Counted from the first letter of the stretch, positions 26,655-39,984 are shown. The stretch is DNA of 64,000 bases from Amoebidium appalachense (GCA_963693365.1 CAVNZM010000001.1:16115840-16179839), one strand, 5' to 3'. Translations and numbers: made by a program. Notes: generated by a model not told the origin, from the letters alone.

Positions 26655-26692
<38 letters not shown>

Positions 26693-26758
26693 ACAAATCC
26701 TGCAGTTACAATTGCCGGATATCGATCTGCCAAATGTTATGACCCTTTTCCCTTTCAT

Positions 26759-26790
<32 letters not shown>

Positions 26791-27092
26791 ATTCCCCCCC
26801 CCCCCCCCCCCCCCCCCTTTCTTGCAATTGCCACACTGTGTTATCAGTCTAGGGCCGGGAGATCTAGAGATTGCCATTGCCGAAGTATCAAGTTTACTTG
26901 TGGTCCTCCAAAAACATGTAGCTGAAAACCACCAAGTGCAATATGTTCTAAATTGCTTGCAAAAAATTTATAATATTTTTATTATTTTGTTGTTTTACTT
27001 ATTTTACAGAACTGTTTGGTAACCCGATGACATGCATGGACAGGCAATAAAACTTTCCACGTGCACTGAGTGCCAGGTGGGCAACATATTTC

Positions 27093-27572
27093 CGTACTGA
27101 TCATTATCGCTTTTTGGGAGCTTTGGCAGGATACATTTCTCCTGCTGTACGTATGGATACCACCCTAGTAGATAAGTCTGTATGGTGCTCTGATGTTGAT
27201 ATTGCCTGGGAAGTACTTGTGCAGTGGCGCTGTAATTCTTGTTTTCATCGCCGCTGGTGCCACTTTTGTGCTGAACTTTTTAATCGCAAGCATGTTGATA
27301 GGTATGAGTTTTTATGTCGCGTTTTACCTCTTTCCCTACGGGTGTCTGCTACACTAGCTGGCAATGTGAACACTTAAGACTTTTTGTTGATTTCTGTTGG
27401 TCGTCACATTGAGTATTTATATGATTTTCACACAGTGTTCAGGTATCTCAGTATACACTTGTTACTGGATGACTCGTGAAGTTTTTATTGTCTTCTCAGC
27501 ATGCCGTGCATACTTGCATATCTTTCGGCCTATCTTTCCGTCGAATAAATCCAGTCAAAAGAAAAAAAAAAA
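27093..27572 (+). mobile_element. 480-bp segment present only in the left arm; possible retroposed insertion with 7-bp TSD and A-rich tail
   Basis: ATATTTC at 27086-92 and 27573-79, but only one copy in the right arm. The segment ends AATAAA...AAAAGAAAAAAAAAAA. Confidence 0.55.
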
Positions 27573-27713
27573 ATATTTCAGTGAAGTCTGGAATTGGCAC
27601 CCCCCCCCCCGAAATGTTCCCGAACATAAAATCATCATTCTACAGTGTGTGTCAATATACCATGCTCACAAGTCAGTACTGCAATTATACTATTCTCAGT
27701 TTATTTCAAAGCA

Positions 27714-27757
<44 letters not shown>

Positions 27758-28229
27758 TTGCCATTCCCTGCCCCCCCAAAATGTTTTTTTATGCTTTTCA
27801 TACTTAGTGACTGCAATCATGGCACCCGTGTTTTCTAGATATATTTCCTTTCATTGTGTTCAACGTCTATGTGGGTGTGTGTGTGTGTGTGCATGTTTGT
27901 GTGTGTGTGAATGTGTGTGTGTGGGCCAAGTGAAGGTTGTATGCGTTTTTTTCTTCTTAGTTGTTTTTGTATTCTATTCGATTATTACTTTGTGTGTAAA
28001 TGTGGAAAAAAAACAAATAAAAAAAATTACCAATGACCACCACCCAGCTTGAATCACCCTAGCTCGATCTAGTGTAAAAAAATAATCATTATCAGCCACA
28101 AACCCTTCTACTACACTCGCCCCAAATGTCATATTCACATTACTGAGTTGATTTCAACAACTGTCTGCTATTAAAACATTAAAATGTACATGTGTTTGTG
28201 TGTGTGTGTGTGTGTGTGTGCCACAGGCC

Positions 28230-28272
<43 letters not shown>

Positions 28273-28439
28273 ATATAGAATTTACCGTCCTCATCCCCGT
28301 GTCCCCCTAAATCGGTGTTAGCAGACCTTTGAGGTTTTTGTGATTGGATTGGTAGTTCTATTACATTAAAATTTTCAATATTTAGTACCAATGATATAAT
28401 ACGTTGTAAAACAAATGTCGCCGAATTTCTCTAAAAAAA

Positions 28440-29140
28440 GTGCGTTCCATTCTGGGTTAGAAACCAAAACAGTTTTGATACGGGAATCACCTGATCTCTG
28501 CCGTCATTCAGCCCAGCGCGTTCACAGTGAATCCGAAACCGCTGGTTTTTTTCTTTTTATTTCAAAGCCCCGAGTACGTATATCCTCTCGGGCCCAACTT
28601 TACGGCACTATATTTCAATATTCTCATTATCAAATATATAGTTATTTTAGGCTTTTTCATTAGTATCGCAAGAATATTTAGCGATTTTGATGTCATAAAA
28701 ACAACTAAGCAACGCTTCGATGGTTTTTGATGCCTCACAAAATGGCCTTAGGTCCCCTCCAAATTCCGGATTTGAGGTCCGGCACTAAAAAAGGTGCGTT
28801 CCATTCTGGGTTAGAAACGAAAACCGTTTTGATACGGGAATCACCTGATCTCTACCGTCATTCAGCCCAGCGCGTTCACAGTAGACTCCGAAACCGCTGG
28901 TTTTTTTCTTTTTACTTCAAAGCCCCGAGTACGTACATCCTCTCGGGCCCAACTTTAGGGCACTATATTTCAATTTTCTCATTATCAAATATATAGTTTT
29001 TTTTAGGCTTTTTCATTAGTATCGCAAGAATATTTAGCGATTTTGATGTCATAAAAACAACTAAGCAACGTTTCGATGGTTTTTGATGCCTCACAAAATG
29101 GCCTTTGGTCCCCTCCAAATTCCGGATTTGAGGTCCGGCA
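28440..29140 (+). repeat. Two tandem ~354-bp units at the inner end of the left arm
   Basis: GTGCGTTCCATTCTGGGTTAGAAAC...GAGGTCCGGCA begins at 28440 and again at 28794. Confidence 0.92.
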
Positions 29141-29166
29141 AACAACGCACTATATTATTGATAATA

Positions 29167-29296
29167 CAAGGAGGTCTAAGCGCCGGCTGTCGCCGGCGCC
29201 TAAAACGAGTCAAAGTGGATGAGTATGGCAAAGTTTTCGGGAAACATAAGATTGATGGGGAGCCTTTATGTGGTTGTGTGTGCGAATGTGTGTGGT

Positions 29297-29343
<47 letters not shown>

Positions 29344-29573
29344 TTGTGCGTTGTGTTGTTGGTTGGAGTGCGGGAGCGCGAAAGAATGTGTGTCTGAAGA
29401 CAATGGGTGTGTGTGAATGTTTGTGTGTGTGTTTGTATGCGTGTGTGTGTGTGTATGTGTGTACATGTGTGTGTGGGTGTGTATTTGTGTGTGTGTGTGT
29501 GTGTGTGCACGTGTGGCGAATGTGTGTGTGTGTGTGCATACAATGGGTGTGTGTGAATGTTTGTGTGTGTGTT

Positions 29574-29632
<59 letters not shown>

Positions 29633-29725
29633 TTGATTAGAGTGCGTGAGCGCGAAAGAATGTGTGAGTGAATAGAACGAGTGTCTAAGTTTGTGTGGGT
29701 GTGTGTGAGTGAATGTGTGTGCGTA

Positions 29726-29762
<37 letters not shown>

Positions 29763-30327
29763 ACGTGTCCATCCTCGTCACATGCATGGTTGGATATATT
29801 TACTTGATGCGTCAAAAGGTGTTCATTGGTTGATATATATACTTATGGCGTCCAATTCTCCAAGTTCATTCGTCGTACGTACTATCGAAAGGAGGCGAAA
29901 TCGGCATCGGGCACGTTGTGATTTTTATCATAGCATTTATCGAAAAGTAAAAAAATGGATTTTTTACGATGTTTTATTATTTTTGCTAGACCAATAGTCA
30001 TACCCGAGCGCCATGGCATGTAGCCGAGAACGTTCCTTCTTGACTCAGGGTTGCATTAGTTCATACCCTGACACCTACAGCCACACGTAGCGGCTGCTTA
30101 CCTCCCTTTTTGCCCTCTAATACTTTGTTCTGAATCAATTTTAGACTTAAACTTTTTATATTTTTTGACACAAACACCTCCACACGTTAATATTCTTCTA
30201 TGCTGCTTGGTTTTATGCGCGTTTCGGCTTTTGATTTCGCTATGCAAATCTCCGCGGGTTGCATAGTCAGTGATTAGTCACTGGGCCAGATTACGGGAAG
30301 GTCAAACGGTCGTTATAATATTAGTTA
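29167..30327. mobile_element. Core of the foldback structure, beginning with a third, diverged copy of the hairpin terminus
   Basis: TA|CAAGGAGGTCTAAGCGCCGGCTGTCGCCGGCGCC at 29165, followed by TG-rich repeats and AT-rich non-coding sequence. Confidence 0.6.
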
Positions 30328-30340
30328 ATAGTGCGTTGTT

Positions 30341-31040
30341 TGCCGGACCTCAAATCCGGAATTTGGAGGGGACCAAAGGCCATTTTGTGAGGCATCAAAA
30401 ACCATCGAAACGTTGCTTAGTTGTTTTTATGACATCAAAATCGCTAAATATTCTTGCGATACTAATGAAAAAGCCTAAAAAAACTATATATTTGATAATG
30501 AGAAAATTGAAATATAGTGCCCTAAAGTTGGGCCCGAGAGGATGTACGTACTCGGGGCTTTGAAGTAAAAAGAAAAAAACCAGCGGTTTCGGAGTCTACT
30601 GTGAACGCGCTGGGCTGAATGACGGTAGAGATCAGGTGATTCCCGTATCAAAACGGTTTTCGTTTCTAACCCAGAATGGAACGCACCTTTTTTAGTGCCG
30701 GACCTCAAATCCGGAATTTGGAGGGGACCTAAGGCCATTTTGTGAGGCATCAAAAACCATCGAAGCGTTGCTTAGTTATTTTTATGACATCAAAATCGCT
30801 AAATATTCTTGCGATACTAATGAAAAAGCCTAAAATAACTATATATTTGATAATGAGAATATTGAAATATAGTGCCGTAAAGTTGGGCCCGAGAGGATAT
30901 ACGTACTCGGGGCTTTGAAATAAAAAGAAAAAAACCAGCGGTTTCGGATTCACTGTGAACGCGCTGGGCTGAATGACGGCAGAGATCAGGTGATTCCCGT
31001 ATCAAAACTGTTTTGGTTTCTAACCCAGAATGGAACGCAC
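30341..31040 (-). repeat. Inverted copy of the two ~354-bp tandem units (right arm)
   Basis: Reverse complement of 28440-29140; the same spurious ORFs appear on opposite strands in the ORF track. Confidence 0.92.
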
Positions 31041-31207
31041 TTTTTTTAGAGAAATTCGGCGACATTTGTTTTACAACGTATTATATCATTGGTACTAAAT
31101 ATTGAAAATTTTAATGTAATAGAACTACCAATCCAATCACAAAAACCTCAAAGGTCTGCTAACACCGATTTAGGGGGACACGGGGATGAGGACGGTAAAT
31201 TCTATAT

Positions 31208-31248
<41 letters not shown>

Positions 31249-31754
31249 GGCCTGTGGCACACACACACACACACACACACAAACACATGTACATTTTAAT
31301 GTTTTAATAGCAGACAGTTGTTGAAAAAAAATAGAGTAAAAAAAACAACTAAATCAACTCAGTAATGTGAATATGACATTTGGGGCGAGTGTAGTAGAAG
31401 GGTTTGTGACTGATAATGCATTTATTTTTTTACACTAGAGCTACGGTGATTCAAGCTGGGCGGTGGTCATTGGTAATTTTTTTTATTTGTTTTTTTTTCA
31501 CATTTACACACAAAGTAATAATCGAATAGAATACAAAAACAACTAAGAAGAAAAAAACGCATACAACCTTCAGTTGGCCCACACACACACATTCACACAC
31601 ACACAAACATGCACACACACACACACACACACACACATAGACGTTGAACACAATGAAAGGAAATATATCTAGAAAACACGGGTGCCATGATTGCAGTCGC
31701 TGAGTATGAAAAGCATATAAAAAAATTTGGGGGGGCAGGGAATGGGAAGAGGGG

Positions 31755-31829
<75 letters not shown>

Positions 31830-32359
31830 TGCTTTGAAGTAAACTGAGAATAGTATAATTGCAGTACTGACTTGTGAGCATGGTATATTGACACACACCG
31901 TAGAATGATGATTTTATGTTCGGGAACATTTCGGGGGGGGTGCCAATTCCAGACTTCACTGAAATATGTTGCCCACCTGGCACTCAGTGCACGTGGAAAG
32001 TTTTATTGCCTGTCCATGCATATCATCGGGTTACCAAACAGTTCTGTAAAATAAGTAAAACAACAAAATAATAAAAATATTATAAATTTTTTGCAAGCAA
32101 TTTAGAACATATTGCACTTGGTGGTTTTCAGCTACATGTTTTTGGAGGACCACAAGTAAACTTGGTACTTCGGCAATGGCAATCTCTAGATCTCCCGGCC
32201 CTAGACTGATAACACAGTGTGGCAATTGCAAGAAAGGGGGGGGGGGGGGGGGGGGGGGGGGGGTAAATGAAAGGGAAAAGGGTCATAACATTTGGCAGAT
32301 CCAGCAACTGCACGATTTGGGGGGGGGGGGGGGGGAGGAAGCGTGTGGCGGGGGGGCCA

Positions 32360-32394
<35 letters not shown>

Positions 32395-33530
32395 AGCGTG
32401 AGGCGAGGGAGGGGGGGGGGGGGGGGGGAGGGGGGGGAGAGGGGAGGTAACAACCACACAACCCAACATCAATAACTGTCTCGTTATGTTTTGGCGCCGG
32501 CGACAGCCGGCGCACAGACCTACTTGTATGAACAGCTGCAGCGTGCCGGGGGGTCCAACCACATCTCATGGTTTCAAGCAGAATTATTTTAGTAAGCACA
32601 AAGTTGTTCGAAATGATTCGAAGTCTTTGCAGCCTGGTGGATCAGATTCTGTGTTTGCCAAAAGCGGAATATATTCTGTAGAAGGAACCTGCTTGCTGCA
32701 AGCTGATGCCACTATCGATCCACCACCAGCATAACTCAGCAAGCAGGATGTTTCTGCTCATACAAGCGCTCCTCAGTTAATTAATATTGCTTGTTGCCCA
32801 ACAAAGTTCTGCGTTTTTAAAAAAATCTCCTTGCAAAGCCGAATTCTACCTCTGTATTCTACTCTGCTTGCACGTGTGCCTGCCATATTCACACACATGT
32901 GCACGCCGCAGTAACAAGCTTGCCACATATGTGCTGCGTAGATAGATGGTGATACCGGTGCACGCGGTCCCCATGCCTTCTCTTACACTCCAACCACTCA
33001 CATGATATGCCTGAGCGCCTCTGTTTGATATAAAAGACCTCGTCAGTATCTACAGTAACTAGTAATACAAACACATTACGTTTGTACCGGGGCACCCATT
33101 CATAATCACCGGCAGGCTTACTCTAGCGCTTGTAAACACACAGTATGCAGTATTTCTAGAACAAGCATCCTCGTGTGTTCCAAGCAGACATGTATACGGT
33201 AACCATGAAAGCATCATTATTTTGTTGTGTGGCATGTGGTTTGCATGATTGTATACATGTGGCTCCCCAGGCATCAAGCACTAAGGGATATCTCCACACG
33301 AGTCCATCCAAAGCGTATAAAACGTGACCCCTTCCCGGCAACTAAAGTGACACTGGAAACAAGACAAGGGGCAAAAAAAAAAAAAAATGAAAACCATCTT
33401 GTGTGAGCAATCACTTCTATTCAGCTAGGAAAAATACAAAACAAAAAATAACAGGATTCTGACCAACACTAATCATACTGCAATCCACTCTGCCTACCAG
33501 TCCAATATTCGATGTCTCTTCTATCTTTAT

Positions 33531-33575
<45 letters not shown>

Positions 33576-33898
33576 CCCGCCCGCCCGCCCTTGGAAACTC
33601 ATCGAATACCGTCAAATTCATATTCAGAACAACCCCCCCCCCCCCCCCCCCCCCCCCCTTACAAAAAGGGAAATTTTTCACAAATCACAGATGCTTCCTC
33701 CGTCCGGCTGATAAAAAACCCGTGACGGGATCTATAATAGGCGTGTGTAGCGCTCCCCCCCCCCCCCCCAAAAAAAAAAAAAAAAAAAAAAGAAAACACA
33801 AACACACACACACGCACACGCACCCCCCCCCCCCCCCCGCCCCTCCTCCTCCCCACCTCCCCCCATCCCCACCCACACACCCACACCCCGACCCTTCT

Positions 33899-34139
33899 CT
33901 AGCGGCGCAGTAGACGGTACAAGCCCACCAGTGCAGCAGCCACGGCCACCAACCCTAGTGACGTCAGAGCCTCTGCCTTGGGCAGCAGGATACTGTTTGC
34001 ACGCTTCTGCTCCGCCTCCACCTGCCGCAGGAGACGCACAGCAAGGTAGTGCGCACCCCTCTGCCCTACGTCCTCAACCATCACTACCTTCACTGGAACC
34101 TGTACGTGTACGTGTGAGGTCAGGGAGGGGGAGAGGGGG

Positions 34140-34192
<53 letters not shown>

Positions 34193-36255
34193 TGTGTGTG
34201 TGCGCGCGTATATGTGTGTATGTGTGTGTGTGTGTGTGTGTGGGGGGGGGGGGGGAGGGGGGGCCGTGTGGGTGCGTGTGGGTGCATGTGGCTGTGTGTG
34301 TCTGTGTGTTTGGGGGGGGGGGGGGGGGGGGGGGGGATGGGAAAGGGCGGGGGAGGGGGTGCGGAGGTGGGCGGAGGGGGGTAGTGTTAATATGTGGGTG
34401 TGTGGGTGTGTACAAATGTGGGTGAGTGTTAGAAGGGGTTAGCGTTTCTGGGTATATGATGCGGGTGTGTCTGTGTGTGTGCCTAGCGTGTGCGAAGAGC
34501 GTTTGTACGATCACCCCAATGAGCTGTGTTGAAACGTGTCTTTAATATCACGTATGTACAACAACACAAGCCACCACAGCAAAAATCTCCATCAAGGCTC
34601 ATACAAAGGAGTTTTAACGGGGGATAAAAAACTTAACACAGCGATAGGACAACACGACACACACACTTGTGAACAACACAACATCATTATGTATCACACT
34701 TTCCAACGACGTCCATATGATAACATAAAACACTTTGCATGCTACAATAACAGATAAGCGCGCGCCGCCTGGTAGGGGCCGAAACTTTAGGCTACACAAT
34801 GTCCCACAGTAGTGCAAAATGAAGGATTGGGGGGGGGGGGGGGGGGGGAGGGGGGGGGGGGTTTGAATGCGTCAAAAAGTACGAAGTACACAAGAACAAA
34901 CGGATAACACGATGCAGAATGCAAGCCATACATAAAGAGTATGCATAATAAGCAGAGCCCATCCTCAGGGAGGGCCTGCGGCATCGGGGGGGGGGAAGGG
35001 GCAGAGCAGAAAAGGGACGGATATCGGCTTTGATAGCGATGAGAACGATGCCTATGCATGTGAACGTGTAGGTCCACGTGTGGGTTGATGCATGTGTGTG
35101 TGTGTGCACACGCGCGTGCCTGTTTGTGTGCGCGCCCTTGTGTACGCACGTGCCTGTGTGTGTTGTGTGTGTGTGCGCACGCGTGCACGTGGGTTGTGTG
35201 TGCGCGTGTGTATGCAGGCCCATGCCAATGTTCGGTCTTCTAGTGCGCACGCTCTGATACGCGTGCGTGTGCGCACATACATGACCTGCATGTGCGCATG
35301 CACGTATGTGCGTGTGTGTGTGTCTGCTACATGCACGTGTGTGTGTCTGCTACATGCACGTGTGTGTGTCTGCTACATGCACGTGTGTGTGTCTGCTAAA
35401 TGCACGTGTGTGTGTCTGCTACATGCACGTGTGTGCCTTCATGATGCACGTGCCCGTACCTGTCTGATGATGGGGCTGACCCTGCCCTTGTCCTGGTAGG
35501 CAGAGAGGAACAGACTGCTTCTCAGCCTTTCCACATTTTGCGCTGCAAACGTGCCTGTAATATACAACCTATCGAGCACAAATAAATCAGCAGATAGCAA
35601 CCCCCCCCCCTCCCCCCCCCCCCCCCCCCACACACACACACATTACCTTTCCCGCCCCCTCCCCACCTCCTCACGCGTCATGACCCATCCCCGTTCCTCC
35701 CCCCCCCCTCCTCCCCCCCCCCCCCTCCCCCCCCTCCCTCCCCCCCCCCCCCCCCTCCCCTCCCTCCCCGGGCACACACGCTCGGCAGCTGTCCACTGAC
35801 TTTTTCGTTTCTGGAGATACTATACGATTTCCCAACACCTCAATGCCTTCATAAGGCAGATATGTTCCCCGTCGACGTCGCGTTGCAGAACCATACTAGA
35901 CTGGAAGGGGAATCACTGTGTCTGATATTGAAAACTACTTACCCCATGCCTACATAGTAAATATTTGCCGTGAGAAGAAGGGGAACGGATACAGCAAGGA
36001 AAATAAAACCGGGAGTGGTGGTGGTGGTGGTGGTGGTGGTGGGGGGGGGGGGGGGGGGGAATTAGGGGAGAAAGATAAATGCATGAAGGGAAGGTTGATC
36101 GAATTGAGAAGCGCGGAAGGGGTGGGGTGACCATGTAAATAGATGTGTGTGTGTGTGTACGTGTCTGTATATATTTCTTTCGTCCCCCATCACCCCACCA
36201 CCACTCTCCTCGTGCGCGCGTGGGCGTCGGCGGCGGCGGCAGTGTCGGCGCGGGG

Positions 36256-36299
<44 letters not shown>

Positions 36300-37613
36300 C
36301 AACATACCCGCCATAGGGCAGCCACTTGAGAGCAGCACACCCCGCCTCCGACCCATATGTAGCTATGACGATATCCATTGTTTGGGCACACACCTCGTCT
36401 GTGTCTGCATACTTCATCACCACACTGCTCTTGACCGTGGCCGTGTCGATCTCATCCTTGATGTGTGGCGACAGCTGTGTGTGTGTATGCGTGTGTGTGT
36501 GTGTGTGTGTGGGGGGGGGGGGTGGGGGGGGGGGGGGGGGGGGGGGGGGGAGGGGGGGGGAGGGGGTGAGGACGGGAGAGCGGGGAGGTGGGCACGGGGG
36601 GAGGGGAGGGAGGGAGGGGGGGGGGGGGGGGGGGGGAGGGGGGGGGGGAGGGAGGAAGGGGGGAGAGCGGGAGGTGGTGTTGGTGGTGGTGGTGGGTTTA
36701 TGAGGGGGGGGGGGGGGGGGGGAAGGGGGGAGGAGGTGGTGGTGGGTGTGTGGGAGGGGGGGGGGGGGGGGGGGGAAGGGGGGGGGGAGGGAGGGAGGGG
36801 AAGAGGTTAGAATGAGTTACAGAGCAATTAGTACACATTCATGACCGATAACATGAATGAACATTGCATAGCACATACAAAGAGAATGCATCATATGCAG
36901 AGACCATTCTCAGAAGAACGGGGGGGGGGGGGGGGGGGGGGAGGTGGAGGTGGAGGTGGAGGTGGCGGGGGTTACGGACGAGGGGGGAGGCGGGGGAGGG
37001 GGTGGAAGGTGGGGGTTAGGGTTTGTGGGGGGGGGGGGGTTGTGATTATGTGTTAGAGGGTTGGAAATCTGGAGGAGACAACAAAGAGCAACAACAAAGC
37101 GTCACAAAGGTGGGAAATCCAAAATTAAAACATTTTAAGCGTGCAGGCAGAAGACACTTGAACAGAGCACATCATCAGGGGGGTTCCTATGCCTCCACAA
37201 AAGCATGGGCTTCTGCTCTTTATCCTCTCGCGCGTGGTTCCCAACCCATACTTTGTTTCAACAGCAATAGGCGAGTCCACCCGTCTTGGCCAAAGACGAG
37301 CAGGGTTGTTCAAGGAGCAGCAATCTAAGAAAACAGAGTCTACAAAAACTGCAAGCAGACAAAAAGGAAGAAAACAAGCAGAGAAGTAGAGAATAAGCCG
37401 GGCTTCTACAAAGCTCCCCGATTTCCTAACCTATGGAGAAGGGGAGGGGAGGGAAGGGGGGAGGATGGGGGGGGGGGGGGGGGGGGGGGGGGGAAGGGGG
37501 AGAGGAGGGGACATGGAGACAGAGAGAAATAGAGAGGGAACTTAACCTGGCAACTATTGTTTTATTAGAGGGTTACCCCACGTAATAAACCAATAGGTTT
37601 TTTTTTTTTTTTT

Positions 37614-37661
<48 letters not shown>

Positions 37662-38137
37662 TTGTGGGAATGTGGGGATTTGGGGATTAGGGGATGTGTG
37701 CACGTGTGCATGTGTTGTGTATGTGTGCGTGTGCGTTGAGGTATGTGTGTTTAGTCTGCATGTATGTGTGTGTGTGTGTGCACGTAGATGTGTGGCGTGT
37801 TACGGCGTGTGCGTGAGTGGGTCAGTTTGGAGTGCTATTGTCAGTACGTGCGTGTGTGCATGTGTGTGTGTGTGCATGGCTGTGTGTGCATGGCTGTGTG
37901 TGCATGCACGCGCTGTGGTTTTCCGTGTGCATCTGTGCTTGGATGAACCCAGGGGTGAGTGCCTTGGGAAAATGGGGGGGGGGGGGGGGGGGGGGGGGAG
38001 GGAAAGAGGGCGGGGAGGCACGAAAAAGGGAGGGAAAGTGCTGATGGTGGTTGAAGGAAAATACTGCAACAAGCGAGGGAGCGCATCCCCCCAGGGGGAA
38101 GGCGGGGTGGGGTGGGTGGGTGGGTGGGTGGGTGGGT

Positions 38138-38171
<34 letters not shown>

Positions 38172-38610
38172 GGGAAATGGACACGTGTTGTCGAGAACAT
38201 TTTGAACCACGGCTAAACCGTCATATTCAAGTAAAGCATATGAACTGTCTGCGCACACAATAAGAAAATGAAGGGACAGGCAACAGCGTGATACAGAATT
38301 TGACAACAGCCCCTCTCCCCCCCCCCCCCCCCCCCCTCCCCCCTCCCCCTCCCCTCCCCCCTCCCCTCCCCCCGACCCACCCACCCACCTTTGACTTGAA
38401 CTTATCATGCTGTGCAAGGAAGTCAAACACGTTGACAATACCCCCTCAAAGACACTATTCTCTCCACCGACACCCTGAAATCCTCGTTGTATTTGGACTT
38501 GAGAAACTGCAACAGCTCAATCTCAAGTTCGTTCCGTGGCGCAAATTCACAGTGGCCCCCCTCTGACGGCCAGGCTGTGTAGATGTTGTTCTGGCATGTG
38601 AGATAGCACT

Positions 38611-38698
<88 letters not shown>

Positions 38699-39143
38699 AG
38701 AGGGGGAGGGGGGGGGGGGGGGGTAGGTGGATGGGTAACGGGTTGTGTGCGCGCCACTTGAGTGAGCAAGTGAGGAAGTGAGTGAGTGAATGTGTCTGTG
38801 TTTGTGTTTGTGTGTATGTGTGTGTGTGTGTGGGTGCATGTGTGTGTGTTTTTGCCTGTGTGTGTGTGTGCGTAGCCGTAGTTTGTAAGGGAAGAAGGGG
38901 GGGGGGGGGGGAGGGGGGGGGGGGGGGGGGGAGGAGAGGCATGTCAGTGAATGTCACGACTAATCACAGCCTCCGCGCGAGACAGGGACCGGGTGTCAGT
39001 GACCAGAGGGTTCTAATCAGAAAAGTCAGAGAGCTGGGTTAGAGCAGTTTGGTCATCATGCAGCCGTGTGTGTGTGTGTGTGTGTGTGTGTGCTTGTGCA
39101 CATATCCTTTGGTTGTGCATGGAATAGAGACGTGGGCTCAAGC

Positions 39144-39232
<89 letters not shown>

Positions 39233-39528
39233 TGATGGAGTACGTGTGCGTGTGTGACTGAGGGTGGCTGAGAAGGCTATGTGTGTGTGTTGTCTGCATG
39301 CACGCGTGCGCGTGCGTGTGTGAATCTGTGAGTGTGTTAGTGTGTGAATGTGCTTGTGTGTGTGTGTGTGGGTGATTGTGTGTGTGTGTGTGGTGCCTAC
39401 ATGCATGCGCGTGCATGTCTATGCGTGCACGGAGGGTGTATGTCTGCACGCGCAGGTGCATCGGTGTGTGTGGGCATATGTGAGTACGTGCTCTAAAAAA
39501 GGTGTTCTAAAACGATGGCATGGCATGA

Positions 39529-39602
<74 letters not shown>

Positions 39603-39734
39603 GGGGGGGGGGAAGGGATATGCATACCCAAGCCGGTGCCGGCACCAACACAGGCAATGGGAGCCCCCTGCATGAGGGACCATTAATATACCACAAATGA
39701 GGGTGGTCTTTTTTTTTTCTTTTCTTTTCTTTTT

Positions 39735-39790
<56 letters not shown>

Positions 39791-39812
39791 GGGTGCACAC
39801 AGCCACACACAG

Positions 39813-39843
<31 letters not shown>

Positions 39844-39922
39844 AGGGAGGGAGGGAGGGAGGGAGGGAGGGAGGGAGGGAGGGAGGGAGGGAGGGAGGGA
39901 GGGAGGGAGGGAGGGAGGAGAG

Positions 39923-39984
<62 letters not shown>

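Larger units (their letters stand above)
20090..32526. mobile_element. Large foldback/composite element: inverted arms (left 20090-29153, interrupted by copia; right 30328-32526) around a ~1.17-kb core, flanked by TA
   Basis: The arms are near-identical reverse complements over ~2.2 kb. Both outer ends read TA|CAAGTAGGTCTGTGCGCCGGCTGTCGCCGGCGC. No transposase or Rep/helicase ORF is visible. Confidence 0.85.

Noticed and set aside
20090-32526. Fanzor/TnpB, RepHel or transposase cargo within the foldback element
   Set aside because: No ORF with RuvC, HUH/helicase or DDE motifs is visible outside the nested copia.
37554-37598. Small 14-bp imperfect hairpin in a glucokinase intron
   Set aside because: Short, AT-rich and single-copy in the window; insufficient to call a MITE or RNA.
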